This document shows, piece after piece, positions 25,901 to 40,001 of a DNA stretch of 64,000 nt (its first letter is position 1; every line of letters starts with the position of its first letter). The notes under the pieces are model-generated. The model made no database searches. It worked only from the letters and a program-made list of their open reading frames with translations, and was not told the DNA's origin. Source of the DNA: Paragordius varius (Eukaryota > Animalia > Nematomorpha); contig OZ176053.1 in the NCBI GenBank assembly GCA_964247055.1, forward strand, positions 3,968,001 through 4,032,000, read 5' to 3'. The position numbers were made by a program, and so were the translations under genes.

Positions 25901-27155
25901 ACCTGAACTTATACAACAAAACCGCTTTTTAAAATTAACCGGTTTTTAGCTCTTTTTATTCCAAGACGTTATTGCTAATATACAATGATTTGTGATACAT
26001 ATCCTAATAAAATTCTAATAAGAGAATGGTAGCTCTTTTTTTGAAAAAATCGCGATATATTATTTATATTAATTAGATATTTGGACCTGTTCAACAAATT
26101 CTCAAGTTTAACACTTTGGATGAAGTTATTGAACGTGCTAATCATACTCATTATGGTTTAGCTGCTGGGATCGTAACTAATGATATTGATAAAATGTTGT
26201 ATCTGTCTTGCGCTCTTAGAGCCGGATCCGTTTGGTATGTTTTAAGGAATTTTATCACTTGTAAAAAGGGTTAGGAACAATGCAAACAAATTCAAAAAAT
26301 TATAAATTCTCTAAATAATTATTGTTGTGTTAGGCAAAATTTAATTTTTTTATCAAAAAAGACAAAGTACATCTTACAAATTGTTAAAATCAAATTATTT
26401 TACGAAAACTTGGCAAACTTTCTTTTACGTTTGATCTATATTATATATAATATACTTATAATTTGAAATTATTTAACATAAATGTATATAGATTAAATTT
26501 TGTCTTTATTAAAATATTGTTGCAAAAGCGAAACCTCCTATTAAATTATTCAGTTTGTGCCAAATAATTTAATAAGTATGATCCCTTATTTGCACAAACA
26601 ATATAAGAATAGATCAAAAGAACTATATTCTGTAAAGGAGTTTATAGTTTTAGAAACATTGTCCACATAATATTTATTTAGAGTATAAATTTATTTACAT
26701 TGACAAAGCGTAAAAACATTAGCAAATATTTTTTTCTAAAAGGCATCCATATTTTTTAGAATTCGATATAATATAATTACTCATTGTTTAAGCTGCAAAT
26801 TCTAAAATGGATACGTAAAATTGTAAATAAATAGTTCAAACAAGAAACTTTAAGGTTCAAAAGAGTATAGTTGCATTTTCAAAAATATTTGCCTTTATGT
26901 TATTACATTTTATCTGTACAATTTCAATTTTTACTGTATATCTACAATAAATTTTACGTTCTTAAATTAAATTTGTTTAATGCATAAATGTTCATTGTTT
27001 ATTTTAGGGTTAATTGTTATCAAGAAATCAAAGTTCAAGCACCATTTGGGGGATATAAGGAATCAGGTTTTGGTCGCGAGCTTGGTGAGGCATGTTTAAC
27101 AAGTTATACTGAAGTCAAAACTGTCACGATAAAAACTAAGAAACGTGTACCTTAA
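22924..27155 (+). CDS. ALDH1: Aldehyde dehydrogenase, ALDH1/2 class, no obvious mitochondrial presequence; exons 22924-22971, 22997-23101, 23208-23348, 23417-23543, 23578-23639, 24003-24131, 24432-24545, 24792-24894, 25033-25223, 25437-25604, 26077-26234, 27008-27155
   Basis: The spliced translation has INPATEE, REPVGV, PWNYP, FTGST, general base TLELGGKSP, catalytic [15 protein letters not shown] and [16 protein letters not shown]. All junctions are GT-AG and in phase. Confidence 0.95.
22972..23577 (+). other. Micro-introns in ALDH: 22972-22996 (25 nt) and 23544-23577 (34 nt)
   Basis: GTACTGTTATAATTGTTATGCATAG must be removed to join FTK|IFYNNEW; 25 nt is not a multiple of 3. The 34-nt intron restores LPV-D|[11 protein letters not shown]. 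Confidence 0.88.
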
Positions 27156-30150
27156 ACCACATTGATTTTTACAAAACAATACTTTAAGTAGCATACATAA
27201 ACTTGGCAGACTTATTATCTATTCAATTATTTGGCTTTTCTTATTAAAATTATTAATTTATTTGTTAATTAAATTTGTGACAATTTCATATACATGTTAT
27301 AGAAATTAACATAATTTATAAGCTTAACCCAACTATTAGATTACATTAACTTAAAACATCCATATATTCCATAGCATTATTTTATTTATTTGTATTCAAA
27401 TAAATATTTGAATTTTTCTATTATGAAATGTTTTATGGTTTTTCAAAATTTTAAATTAGGGTTGGAATTATTGGTAATGTTTATGTAAAAAATATCCTGC
27501 ACCAATATTTTAATATTACCCATCGTTATCTAATAATTCCCCAGGCATCGTAATGAACTATTATTAATATGGAATATTTTTATTATGACAGATTTCGAAC
27601 GATTTTATAAGTTGTGCCATAAATAACCTTTATACTCTGTTTGAATGACCTCACCTAACAATTTTAACTTCCAGAATTAGTTTTTTTAAATTAAATTTCA
27701 AATACATCAGTAAATTTTGTAAATCTTTTTTTGAAAGTTCGCGGAACTGATAAATTTAGGAAATTATTAAATGTATTTTTGTTCTTAAATCAGTTTTTCC
27801 AAAATTTATAAATATTTTCTATTTCAGCCTTACACTGTGACGAAATAAGTTGTTTTTTGCAGTGTGCTGGGAACTACTGGGCCTGTACCAAGCTGACTTT
27901 ACTGCTTTGAAATTAAAAAAATTTAGATTTTTTATAAATTATTTTAAAATACCTTTTATTACAAAAAAATTATTATAGAGTTTGATAGAGTACACTCTGT
28001 TTAAACCCCAATTTGTAAAAAAAATATTCGTTTGATTTCCTGCAACTAAGATCGGCCTATTTTTAATTGGTAATACTTTATTTTCTACTCAAATTATACT
28101 TGGAATTGGGTTTTGGACCCGTCAACGCTTATGAATGCAACTATCGCTCAGCCGTGTAACAATAAATCTCAGTTTTTACCGCAAGATTTAGTCAGGGCTT
28201 CCGCAAAATAGACTTAAAAATGCTAAATTATTACAAAATAAAGTGAAAATTCGATCAAGTTTGTAAATTTCATGTTTGGTTTTATAGTTTGAGTTAATTT
28301 AAGTTTTGTTTAAGTTTATTTTATAAATACAAACGGAAAAATATATACAAAATTTTTATTCCGTAACATATATATATATATATTTAAAATCATTATAAAG
28401 GCATATGATTTCGATAACCGTTTTTCGTATAAAAAATTAGTATTTGTACGTTTTAGATTCCCATTAGCTGGGAGGTAACATATTTCCTACTTTCCTAAAC
28501 TTTGATTTGTATCTAGTTTTCTTATTTATTTATTTTTGCGTATATAAATTTAGGACTTTTTTATACAATAATTGTGTTATCAATTCTTTTAATTTTTATT
28601 CGTGTTTTTATATTAAAAATTACAAAACTATGAAACGTTATAATAAATTTAATTCCTCTCATCAAAGAGAATATAGATTCTTGAAACCATTCAACGAATA
28701 TAAATCACAGAAAACATTAAATTTTAACGTTCATATATTAATATAAGACTAGACCATATTAGTGACACGCCCCATTTTAGCAAAATCTACAAGTTTTATG
28801 CATAAATATAATTGTTTAAGTTAGTATACTATAGGCCATCTCATTAATAAATATAGCGTATGACTATTATAATTAATTTTCATATTTACGTTCATACTAA
28901 AAACAAAGAGAAAATAACAATTAAAATTATTATTAGTTTGTAAATCCATCAATCGGCTAAGATATAACAAGTATCAGTGAATTGTATCTCAATAAAAATA
29001 TTTTAAATAAACCACAAATACCTCCGAATTATTTATGTGTTTATGATAAATAACACTAGTCGACTTTTTGACCACCATTACTCAAAATTTCAAATTTTAA
29101 CTAATTTCAGAGTTCTAAAATTGAATCAAAAAAAATTGATCCCCCCAATCAGATTTTGAGATATTACTAGTTTTTCAATTTTTCAAAAACAAGAGAAAAT
29201 AGACAGAAAATTAAATAATACTTTATAATTATAAGTTATTATATTATTGAATGAATATCATTTAATAAATCGTTTTAAACTCTATCTTTTAAAAGTAAAT
29301 AAGTCATTAAAATATCAGGGAGAAAAAGATAGTACGGGTATAACCGTTAAAATTTAGTGTTTTTTTAAGTTAATTTTAAACACGTATATATTTATATTAA
29401 AAAAATAAAGAGGCATTTTGTGGTTTAAACCTTCAGCTTTCAGATAGGCAATATTTATTTTGTTAGTTTTGGTTATTTTTAGTATTTATTAGGGTTTTTG
29501 TCTTCGATTGATTCTCACAAAAAACCTTGTTAATTATACCTACTAGATATTATTTATTTTAATCATTAAATGCGGCATATTTTGAATTTTAGATGGATGT
29601 TTGGCACTTTTATTGCCTGTGGTGGATTCTTAATATACTGTTATGGGCTACAATAGGACCACTCGTATTTATTTAATCTTCTTATCCGATATAATGGTTT
29701 AATTTGTCTAACTCAATTTTGTGTATTGGTTAATCTGAGATGTCATGGATTTTGCTCACTTTAACTACGCTATATTCTCTGGAGGTCTCTCCTACCGGGC
29801 TCTACGATCACCTAATTGTATAACTTTGCCATATCTGGCGGAGCGCTTGGATGATATTATTTTGCAGAGTTTGTGCAATCCGCCCGGATCTATCACACCA
29901 TACATTCGCTCTTTTAGATTTTTAATATTTTTGATTTTTAATACTTTGGCTCTTAGCTTCTAATTTATTTTACTATATTCTTTATTTGTACCGTCTTTTA
30001 TTAAATACATAGAATTTTTAATTATTAAATATAAATTAAACATTTATTTATTGTATATTGTATATTTCTATGTCGAGTAGCAAACCCGCTCGATAAGACG
30101 TATTCCTCGTGAAAAAGAGATAACAAACCTTCAGCAGCGATTTTGGGCAG

Positions 30151-30444
30151 TGTTATCTTGTAAAGATGAGGAGATAATATAAGAAATGTGAAATGAAATA
30201 TTTATTTGGTTTTTTTAGGGTTTATATATAGTAATTTTAGTTTTACATAATTTGCATTATAACAATAAAATTTCAAGTAACAAAGGTTATAATATTAACA
30301 TATTACACAAAAAATATAGAAAATAATACAATTCAAATAACGGTGAAAGTTATGATATACAACCAAGGTATGTATTTCACATTAGCATGTAACACAGAAA
30401 ATTATGATATAAAAATAAAGTATATCTTTCAGATTTGCATAACA
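30151..30444 (-). repeat. 3' LTR
   Basis: TGTTATCTTG...TTTGCATAACA. Four substitutions and no indels against the other LTR by manual comparison (290/294). Confidence 0.97.
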
Positions 30445-30455
30445 TCACTTCCCCC

Positions 30456-33400
30456 TTAAGAGAACCGGACCGGCTTCCGCCGAATTCTCTCGGGGTAACG
30501 ACGCTCGTGCGGATTTACATTGATATTGTCATTATTGCTATTAATGATATCATTACTACTTTCATTATTATTATCATTTATTTTATCATTATTATTGTCA
30601 TTACTATTGTTATTATTATCAATACAACTACCATTATTATTATTGTTATTGTCTTTATTACTATCATTACTATTGTTTGGAGTAACCGGTGCGGTTGAGT
30701 GTAGGTCTATGTGTTTCAACTGGTCTGCATGCTTTCTGACAATCTTCTGGTTTACCTGATCCCACACACTGTACGAAAGGGGACCCGTTCTATCAACAAC
30801 ATCGCCGGCTCGCCATCCAGGTTTTTGTTCGTTTCTCATCATTATGGGTTGGTTTATTGAGAACTCACGGCGTGGACGGGGTGCGTCTAAGATTGTTGCT
30901 TTTGTGTTGATCCAGGTGAGGGGTGTTTGAGATACTCGTTTAAAGAGTAGTTGAAACGGGGTTTCTTTTGTAGTCGCATGTATTGAATTACGGTACGATC
31001 ATAAAGTGGTATTGAATGCTTCTTGTGGTGAAATATTATCATTTTTGATTTTTCTATACTTGCCCTTGAGGGTCCCCACTAACCTTTCTACCATCCTATT
31101 ACTTTTAGGATGATAGGGGGTTACCCTCACGTGTTTAATACCCAAGTTTGTTAAAGTGGATGTGAAGTACGAATTACTAAAATAAGAAGCATTATCACTA
31201 ATTACCGTCCTCGGAAACCCAAACCTGGCAAAGGCTTCCTCGAGTTTATGCAATATGTTTACCGAATTAACCCGTTTTAACATGAACCCTTCCGACCATT
31301 TTGATGAGCTATCAATCAATAACAACCAATAATACCCGTCAACTGGTCCCGCTATATCGATGTGTAACCGCTCCCATATCGCAGCATTTGGATCCCATTG
31401 ATAAGTCGGATTTTCACCTAGGCTTGGCTTGTTTACTTGACATGAACTACACTCACTGTATCTTCTTACCAAATCGTTCTCTAGTTTTGGCCAAAAACAG
31501 GTAAACCTTGCCATTGCTTTCATTGTTTCTACATTATTACGCCCGCTGTGTAAATAATTGACCACATTTGCCTGTAAGCTTTCTGGGATGATAATTCGAT
31601 CGTTTAAACTGAGCAATCCGTATTGGTACGAAATCTCTCCCTTCAGGTTCGACCCAGCCAACTCAACATCCCTTCAATCTTGGTTATGAATCGCCTTAAT
31701 TACTTTCTGCAAAATTTTATTCTTAACCGTTTCTCTCCTAAATTCATCGCGACTTAACTGAACGTTATGACAAATTAGGAACCTAAGATGTCTAGTTACC
31801 ATGTAATCTCTATCGATTGTGTTAACATTATCATCACCGGGACATCTTGACAAGTAATCGGCTCTATTTTTCGGACCCACCTGATAACTTAGTTCAAAAT
31901 CATAATCATTCAGTCGGTTAACCCATCTTAAAACTTTCGCATTCTGAATTTCTTTCAAATTTCTATCCCTATTTATCAACCTAACCAGTGGTAAGTGGTC
32001 TGTCAAAATTTCAAACTTTCTACCATAAATGAAGTTGTGAAACTTTTCTAATGCAAAAACAATAGCATTTAATTCCTTTTCTATCGTGGAGTAGTTCAAT
32101 TCTGCGGACCTACATTTTCTTGAACCATAGGCAATGGGTTTCCTTTCACCATTTACAACATGACTTAAAATACATCCAAACCCTATATCTGAGGCATCGG
32201 TCTCAATTACTAAATTTCTATCCAGATTGTATGGTGTTAAAAATACTTGTTCACTTAATAATTCCTTAGCGGCTTTCCAACAATTCTCATGTTTCTCCGA
32301 CCAGTTCCATCTGACGTTCTTACTAGTTAAACTATGTAAATCACTTACAATCAATTGAAGCTTGGGTATAAATCTTTCATGGAATGTTAAAAATCCTAGA
32401 AAACTTCTTAAAGATTTTTTATCCACAGGTTTTTTAAAATCATTGATTGGTTTTACTTTATTCTTGCAAGGACTTATACCTTTATTACTTATTTCAAATC
32501 CCAGATAACTTACTGAAGGTTCACCAATTTTTATTTTATCTTTTCTTAATCTAATACCTGCTAATTCTAACCGATTTAAAACATTATTATGATTTATTAA
32601 ATGTTCCTGTTCAGATTTGCCAGTTACTAAAACATCATCTAAATATGCACAAGTGCCGGGACAATCTTTTATAACCTGGTCCATGACTCGTTGGAAAATT
32701 ATTGGTGCTGTTGACAGTCCGAAAGGCATCCTTTTGTAGTGAAAAAATCCTTTGTGAGTCGCAATTGTCAAGAGATCTTGTGATTCTTTGGTTATGGGCA
32801 TTTCTAGATAGGCATCTTTCAAGTCAATCTTAGTGAAAACTTGGCCTTCGCCAATCTTACTCACTAAATCATCAAACGTTGGAATGATATGAGAGTCCTC
32901 AGTGAGCCACTTGTTGATGGTAACTCTAAAATCGCTGCAAATTCTTACCTCTCCATTCGCTTTGAGCACATTAACGGTGGGCGTGGCCCATGTCAGAGGT
33001 GAAAGGTTGGGATCTATAGGCTCCAGAATGTCTAACTTTTGTAATCTTAGTAATTCGTTTTCAACTTTTGCTCTTAGGGAAACGGTACTCGGCGGCAAGG
33101 CCAAACTTTGGGGGAGGCATTGGGTGCTATATGAATTGTAACTGGCTCAATGTAACAACCTAATTCCTCTTTAAATAGATTAGGGAAATTTTCAATAATT
33201 TTATCAAGTTTAAGAAAGTTAATTCGTACTTTAGGAATGTCGATATTGAATCTCGTGATCCAATCCAAGCCACAAATGAGCGGTGCCTTTGACATTTTTT
33301 CCTTCAATACACAACATTCTGCGTTCCCCAAGTTTTGCCCATTGATTTGCACTGTGACTGTTGTTACGCCCAGTAGAGGTACTATGCTATTATTGTAGGC

Positions 33401-34370
33401 TTTTACTGGCGGTATGGGTCTAATATTTGGCTTGCCAACTTGTTTCCAGGTTTCAAAGCTGATAACACTGATGTCAGCTCCAGTATCATAGATAAACGTT
33501 TGTTCTGTGTTGTTTATCATTATTTTTACGGTCCATGGTGAGGTTGGCATTGCCTTTTTATGGATCTGGCGGTTGAACAAATTTTTGGCAGTGTTTTTTG
33601 ATCTACACATTTTTGCGAAGTGATGAGGTTTTCCGCATTTATTGCAATTGCGGTTCCAGGCAGGACATTTGTTTGGTCCATGGCTATTACCACAACGATT
33701 GCACGAATGTGTTAGGGGTTTTGCTGTTGGCTGTCGTGAACGCATGGCCTTATTATTATTATTGGTGTGTTGTAATCGATTTAAATTATTACCATTGTTA
33801 TAATTGGTATTATCATTATTGTTATGAAGGCCAGCCCTGGCAGCCTCGTGTGCTAGTGCGAGATCCACTATCGTTTCAAGAGGCACGGGTTGTCCGTTGA
33901 TCTCGGCATCGGGATACCTTGAATGTATGTCAATTTCCAATTGTGGTTGCCGTAGACCAATAACGAAAGCATCCCGAATCCGTTCCTCAATTGAATCATT
34001 AAATTTTGCCTCTTCGGCTGCGATCTTTACCCGGAAATTGGGTAAACGATTCGGTGTTGTTCCGCACAAGTCGAAAAAACTCAAATCTGCTTTGGAATTT
34101 TGACTTTGTGGGATTGAATACCTTTAAACCCGTTGCCATTATCTCGGTCCATGCTGCATCTTTTATCTTTTTCGGATAGAGTCGTTGGTTGATTTTGCGT
34201 ACCACCATTAGACCACCATACGCAAGCAGGGTTGTTTTGAGGGCCTGTTCTGTAACAGGGATATCTTTTGCCTCCATAACATTTGTCATATACTCAACGT
34301 ATTCCTCAAACTTAATATTATCATTATATTTTTCGATGCATAGATTAGCGAGATTGATTGGCGTTGTCAT
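30456..34370 (-). pseudogene. Gag-Pol polyprotein broken by two frameshifts (about 34030 and 33085) and two in-frame TGA stops (31674-31676 and 30999-31001)
   Basis: Gag zinc knuckles C..CGNSH....C and CNKCGKPHHFAKMC, protease YDTGADISV, RT YLDD, RNase H ETDASD, integrase HIDIAG/SDNA/VER, and terminal RRYPERIRRKPVRFS. Translating through both TGA codons continues in frame. Confidence 0.93.
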
Positions 34371-34437
34371 GTTCGATTGGGTATCGGTAAGACCTCCACT
34401 AGCACTAGCTTAGTTCTGTACTCGAATTGGTTACCAA

Positions 34438-34731
34438 TGTTATCTTGTAAAGATGAGGAGATAATATAAGAAATGTGAAATGAAATATTTATTTGGTTTT
34501 TTTAGGGTTTATATATAGTAATTTTAGTTGTACATAATTTGCATTATAACAATAAAATTTCAAGTAACAAAGGTTACAATATTTACATATTACACAAAAA
34601 ATATAGAAAATAATACAATTCAAATAACGGTGAAAGTTATGATATACAACCAAGGTATGTATTTCACATTTGCATGTAACACAGAAAATTATGATATAAA
34701 AATAAAGTATATCTTTCAGATTTGCATAACA
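34438..34731 (-). repeat. 5' LTR
   Basis: Same 294-bp sequence, followed on the - strand by T then TGGTAACCAATTCGAG. Confidence 0.97.
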
Positions 34732-36240
34732 GGCAGTTTATATTTTTTAATATAAAGATTGACGGCATTTTTTTATTAAAGGCTTATTATATGGATCAAT
34801 AAATTTTCTGTACAGTCTTCGTAAATATAAAAATCTTTGGTAATATCGTATACTGGGGCTCGTATATATGGATCATTTTGCATTTTCGTTTAGAAATTAT
34901 AATAAAATACGTGGCTCTGGAATACCACTTGTATTGACCTGCTCGTTTTATATATATGCACACAAGGAATAATTGTTTTTTTAAAATAAATACAAAATTA
35001 AAAATTAAATATTAAAAAATCCTATTGGCGGACTCAATTATTTTGTTTTGGTCTTTCCATGCCATTAGGTAAGATAAAATTCAAAAAAATGGGGTGGTGC
35101 AAAACCTTGTTGAACAGTGTAATTTAAAAATGTTAAAAGTCATTAATAAGTATCATTAGAGATCAGAAGCAAGAAAAAGCGAAAAAACATTTTGTTCTAT
35201 GCTCAACAATTCCAATTAACTCTTAATGTTAAATTTTATTTATCACGTGAAAGCAAGGCATGACTTAAAAAACTTGCAAATCAAGGCAAAAAAATTTTAA
35301 CCCCTATTATTTATATCAATAAAATTTGGACTTAGGTTCTGAAAATCGCAACGGACTAGTCTAAAATGAGTTAATTTTTAAAATAAAAACGAAAATGTTG
35401 ATACATAATAGAGATTTTTAACAATACTATTCAAATCTGGGTGCTAGTTATCCCAAACTACATATTATTTGATATTAAAACAAAACTACTAAAGCAACGG
35501 TTTCAATTTAATTTATGCTTCTAACCTTATTATATATATAAGCCAAAATATCTAAATAAAATTTAGTTTTTCAAAAGATTTCCATAATTTTATAGACGTA
35601 ATTTTTATGTTACAAATTTTTGTAAAAAGTCGTGTTTATTTAAACGCTACGTTTAAAGCTAACTTTTTATTTAAATCACATCCAACATTGATGTATACAG
35701 AGTGGTTTATTTTCCATTATATGATATTTAGATAATGCACACATGTTATGTTGGCTAAACTGCCTTGATATCAGGATTTTTAAAATGAATCTTTTTACAT
35801 ATTTCAGTCCTTTTGCAATGGTTTCGATTTTATTAAACAGGCTAAGGGTCCCCAAAGACCTAAATTGAATCGGAGAACTGATATTAAATATCCAAGTGTT
35901 AATAATCCAAGATTATGACACAAATATACTTTGCCTTAAAACCTAAATTTTGACAAAAGTTTGTTTGTGCGTACTTCATTTGAGGAATGGTGGAAACGGT
36001 AAACGTTTTTATATATCACTGTAGATAACAAAATATCAGCTGAAATATATATACGGATTAAAAACTATATCAGGATTCTCATGATGCTTTTGGTTCGGCC
36101 TTGCGAGAATTTAAAAGTTTTTACCATTTTTCTGGCAACTGCTCATATCGTTAAATAAAAATTTTTATTGAAAGCTATCATTTTAAAAAATATCACTAAA
36201 ATATCATTAACTTAATATAAAACGTAAAACAATATTTTTA

Positions 36241-36424
36241 TTAAGGATAAGGCTTCAAGCACACCAAATTTAAAAATGTTAACAAAAAATATTCATTCAG
36301 CAATGATTTAGTATATAAGCAATTATTGGGTGAAACGTGCAATGACATCGGGTATATAAATAATAAAAAGACATGTATAATTTTGTATTTATGAAAGTAA
36401 AGAGGTTTGATTTATAAACATTTG

Positions 36425-36480
<56 letters not shown>

Positions 36481-38340
36481 TTATGATGTGATGCAGTTGA
36501 TCACTGTAATAAGTGTAATTTATTTATATAGAGTAGGTATATATAGCTTACACACAATTAGATTGGAGCCTGCAAAGCCGCTAGTTGAAAAAAGGGCTCA
36601 CGAAAATTGAGATCCATTTATGTGGTCATTTCGGAACATTATTTAATAATTATGATCTCATAGGATTTCAAAACGGTGCTTTGAATTTTTAATACTGTGC
36701 ATTCATACAAGGCTTAAAATTGACGGCTAACTAAAAAACCGCTATACTATAATTTTCACGTTATCGTGGCTATTATCTAAAGCCTTTATTGAACTCGTAT
36801 GGTTTCCTAAGTTTTTTTAAAAATTACTTCCAAACCCACGCCATTTTTGCCGTCCCAGTTAACCGGTGGACCCCTACCCATAGGCCTATATGGAAAAACC
36901 GCTGTTAAATTCTTTGCCTTTATAGGGCAAATATTTAGAATCATTTTTGATACCATCGTCTCATGGGCTATTCGAAAAAATACCTCAACAATAATCCTTT
37001 TATATGATGCCGTATTTTTAGGGCATAAAGATCCAAAATTAACGGCTTATAAAAAAAACGCTTGACCTTAATTATTACCTAGTTACGGGTAATATTTTAA
37101 GCTTTTAATGACCTCATATGGCTTTATAAAATTTCTATAAATTAGCACAAAACAACGCAATTTCTATATAGTGGCGCAGTTTTTGGCGGGTAGCTCCACA
37201 CCCAGAAGCAGGTATAAAAAAATCGTTGTGCATAATTTTTACCTTTATATGTGGAATATTTGGAATTTCATCGATTCATATGTTCCGATAAGTTCCTAAA
37301 AATATTGCTTCAAAACTTAAAAGTTGTTCTATGGCGGCGTATTTTTCCGGGCTTTAAACTTTACTTAGCGATTTATGAAAATCACTCCCTATGTTTAAAA
37401 ATTTGTTTTTAAGGGGTAAAATATATTTTAGGCTCTTATTGAACTCACATAGTCTAATAGGTTTCTGAAATTAAACAACGCAATTTCGATGTGGTGGCGC
37501 AGTTTTAGGCGGGTAGCTCCCTACCCAGAGGCTGATACAAAAGCGCATGATTCATATTTTTGCCTTTTTAGGGAGAATACCTGTAATCATGATCGATTCC
37601 ATATGCTCTCATTAATTTTTGGAAAAATTGCCTTAAAACTGAAAAATTATTCAATGGTGGATAATTATTCCGGGAGAAAAAGGCCTAATTAACGGCTAAT
37701 TTTAAAAAACCGCACGACCTTAAATTCTGCCTTGTTACGGGTAATATTTTAAACACCTATTGAACTGATATGGCCTGATATGTTTTATGAAATTTAGCCC
37801 CTAAGGCACGCTATTTCGATATGACGGGGCAGTTTTTAGCGGGAATATTACCCAGCTATGAATATAAAAAACTCACGACTAAAATTTTTGCATTTAGGAA
37901 ATACCTAGAAACCTCATTGAATTTTTACTGACTCATACCTTGGGCGAAAAATAGATTCAAAAAATGTGGACTCAACTTTTTTGAAAAAATGGTATTTTAC
38001 AGGGAAAGCGGTTAAAAAGAGGCTTTAATTAAAAAAGCGAGCCGACTATCAGCGCAATCGAAAAAAAGTAAAAAAAACCATATTTTAAATCGAATGAATG
38101 ATCCAGCATGTTTTCCGAAAAATTGTCTCATAGACACGATTTTTGTTTCTGTTTTCAAAAAAACCGTTATTTACACCAGGTGGCCCAGTACTGGGGGCCT
38201 AATTTAAAAAAAGGGCGAAGCTATTGTCGGGGCATTTATTAATGATTATGTTTTTCCCACATTAGGATTTGAATTGGTGTACCGGTTTTCTTTAAACAGG
38301 TCACAAAGCCAGCATTTTGCATTATATATATATATATATA
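36241..38340 (-). mobile_element. Second, 3'-truncated copy of the non-autonomous Helitron
   Basis: Colinear with 14340-16790. It lacks the hairpin/CTAG end, carries four internal modules of about 320 bp and has an expanded (TA)n at 36427-36480. Confidence 0.8.
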
Positions 38341-38792
38341 TTATCCTTATCGATACCCCCAATTTTCGCAGTATATAACTTTTTTCTTCTCAATCAATTC
38401 TCTTAATTTCCAGTATAACCGTTTGAATAAATAACTCTTACTCATCGCACAGAATAGAAACTAATGAAAAATATATTTTGACAAAATAATATTAACAAAA
38501 TAAATATATTTAGATAAAATTAATGTATTTTGATCCAAAAATATATAGAGATTCTAATAGTGCTGTTCTTAGAAGTCATATGGAATATATATTTTATTTT
38601 TATGGTAATAGATTCATACGAAAAGTCGTATAATATCCCACATTTTTTTTTAATAAGAAAAATATATTTTTCATTCTAAAAAACATTCATACACATTTTA
38701 GGAGAATTATAATATCTATACAACAGCTAATTTTTAATAAGCTATCTGAGTCTTACATTTTGGACTCCACAAAAATGGTGCAGCTCTCTTAA

Positions 38793-39270
38793 CACATCGA
38801 TTCAGATTTGGGTATCTAAATACCCCAGATTATATTTAAGTTCATATTTTCAAGAAACTACTAAATGAAACGATACCAATTTAAATATCTGCAAATCATA
38901 AAATTTAATTTAAAAAAAGTTTTATATCAAACTACTTCGACGCCATTTATATTTTACAACAAATTTGCAAAATATTGTGTTTATATATTTTTAAAACTAA
39001 AATCAATGATATTTATTCATCTAACATTATAAAAGGAGACAAAGCGCATTTTGTATTATTTTTAAATTTACCTTCAGCACACATGACACGTTACTGAATT
39101 TTTGCCTTCGGGTTTTACCTTATAATAAGTAATATCAAGTATTATATATGAAAACTTTTTGAATGGTTTCAATCCCTTCTATATCTTTGAAGTGTTTTAT
39201 AGGTTTAGCAGTATTGATCCACACGTAGAACTTAATTTAAATCGAGGACTAAAATGAATGTGTTGTTTTG
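38793..39270 (-). mobile_element. piggyBac-like MITE, degraded copy
   Basis: TTAA|CACATCGATTCAGATTTGGGTATCTAAATACCCCAG start, internal aaactacttcgacgccattt, and gaggactaaaatgaatgtgtt near the degraded end. Confidence 0.6.
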
Positions 39271-40001
39271 TTTATAAATAAGCGTGGTGCGCATAAGAAC
39301 CTTTTCTGGGCAAATAAGAATAAACAATATTTGTTTTTTTATATTGGAAAAGTAATGAGGCATAAATATAATATAGAGAAAGTATAATTTTTTGATATTT
39401 TATAAAACCACTTATTCCACACAAATGCAATGATTTAAAGATTTTTGCCTTAAACCCGAATTTAATGGCGAACAAATACTTTATCAGCATCGATTTATGG
39501 AAAAAATGATTTTATAATACTAAAAACTAATTCCATAATAACAATAAAAATAGGCCTCCTCAAAACATTGTCCAATAAATTTCAAAATTATATTTATTAT
39601 TTTAATGTCAAATCTAAATTATATTTAAAATTATAATCGCTTTTTTGCTGATTTAAAAAAAACTAGCTCATTTTAGCGAATTTAAAACGTCTCTGCCATA
39701 AATAAGTTATTTTACAAATATTAAATATTTAATATATTTTTTTAATAAAAATATTTAGCACGAGCTTACTTTGCGACTTCTGGACATAATTTAATACTAA
39801 ATAGAATACTTGTAAGCAAAATGAAAACCATAAGAATGTGTATTATTCCATCATTATATATTATATCAGGGTATATTTTAAACCCCCGATTTCGTGCGCT
39901 GTGTAATATAATTTTTTTAATATTGTTATATCGCAATACGTAAATAAATTACTTTATGTTTTTACATTGATTCATTTCAATATGATCACTTGTTGTAATC
40001 A

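Larger units (their letters stand above)
30151..34731 (-). mobile_element. Full-length Ty3/Gypsy LTR retrotransposon (Mag-like), disabled
   Basis: Two 294-bp TG..CA LTRs, 5-bp TSD GGCAG (30146-30150 and 34732-34736), TGG-starting PBS-like site, PPT AAGGGGGAAG, and domain order gag-PR-RT-RH-IN. Confidence 0.97.
29054..35119 (-). mobile_element. Tc1/mariner-like element, copy 2, interrupted by the LTR retrotransposon
   Basis: The left part, 29054-29960, matches 13038-13910. The right part, about 34900-35119, matches 13950-14170 and ends CAGTG|TA. Confidence 0.7.

Noticed and set aside
30999-31676. TGA recoded as Trp, since both in-frame stops in pol are TGA at Trp-like sites and all host genes modelled end in TAA
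   Set aside because: Conserved host exons and the long single ORFs encode Trp with TGG and contain no in-frame TGA. Nonsense mutation is simpler.
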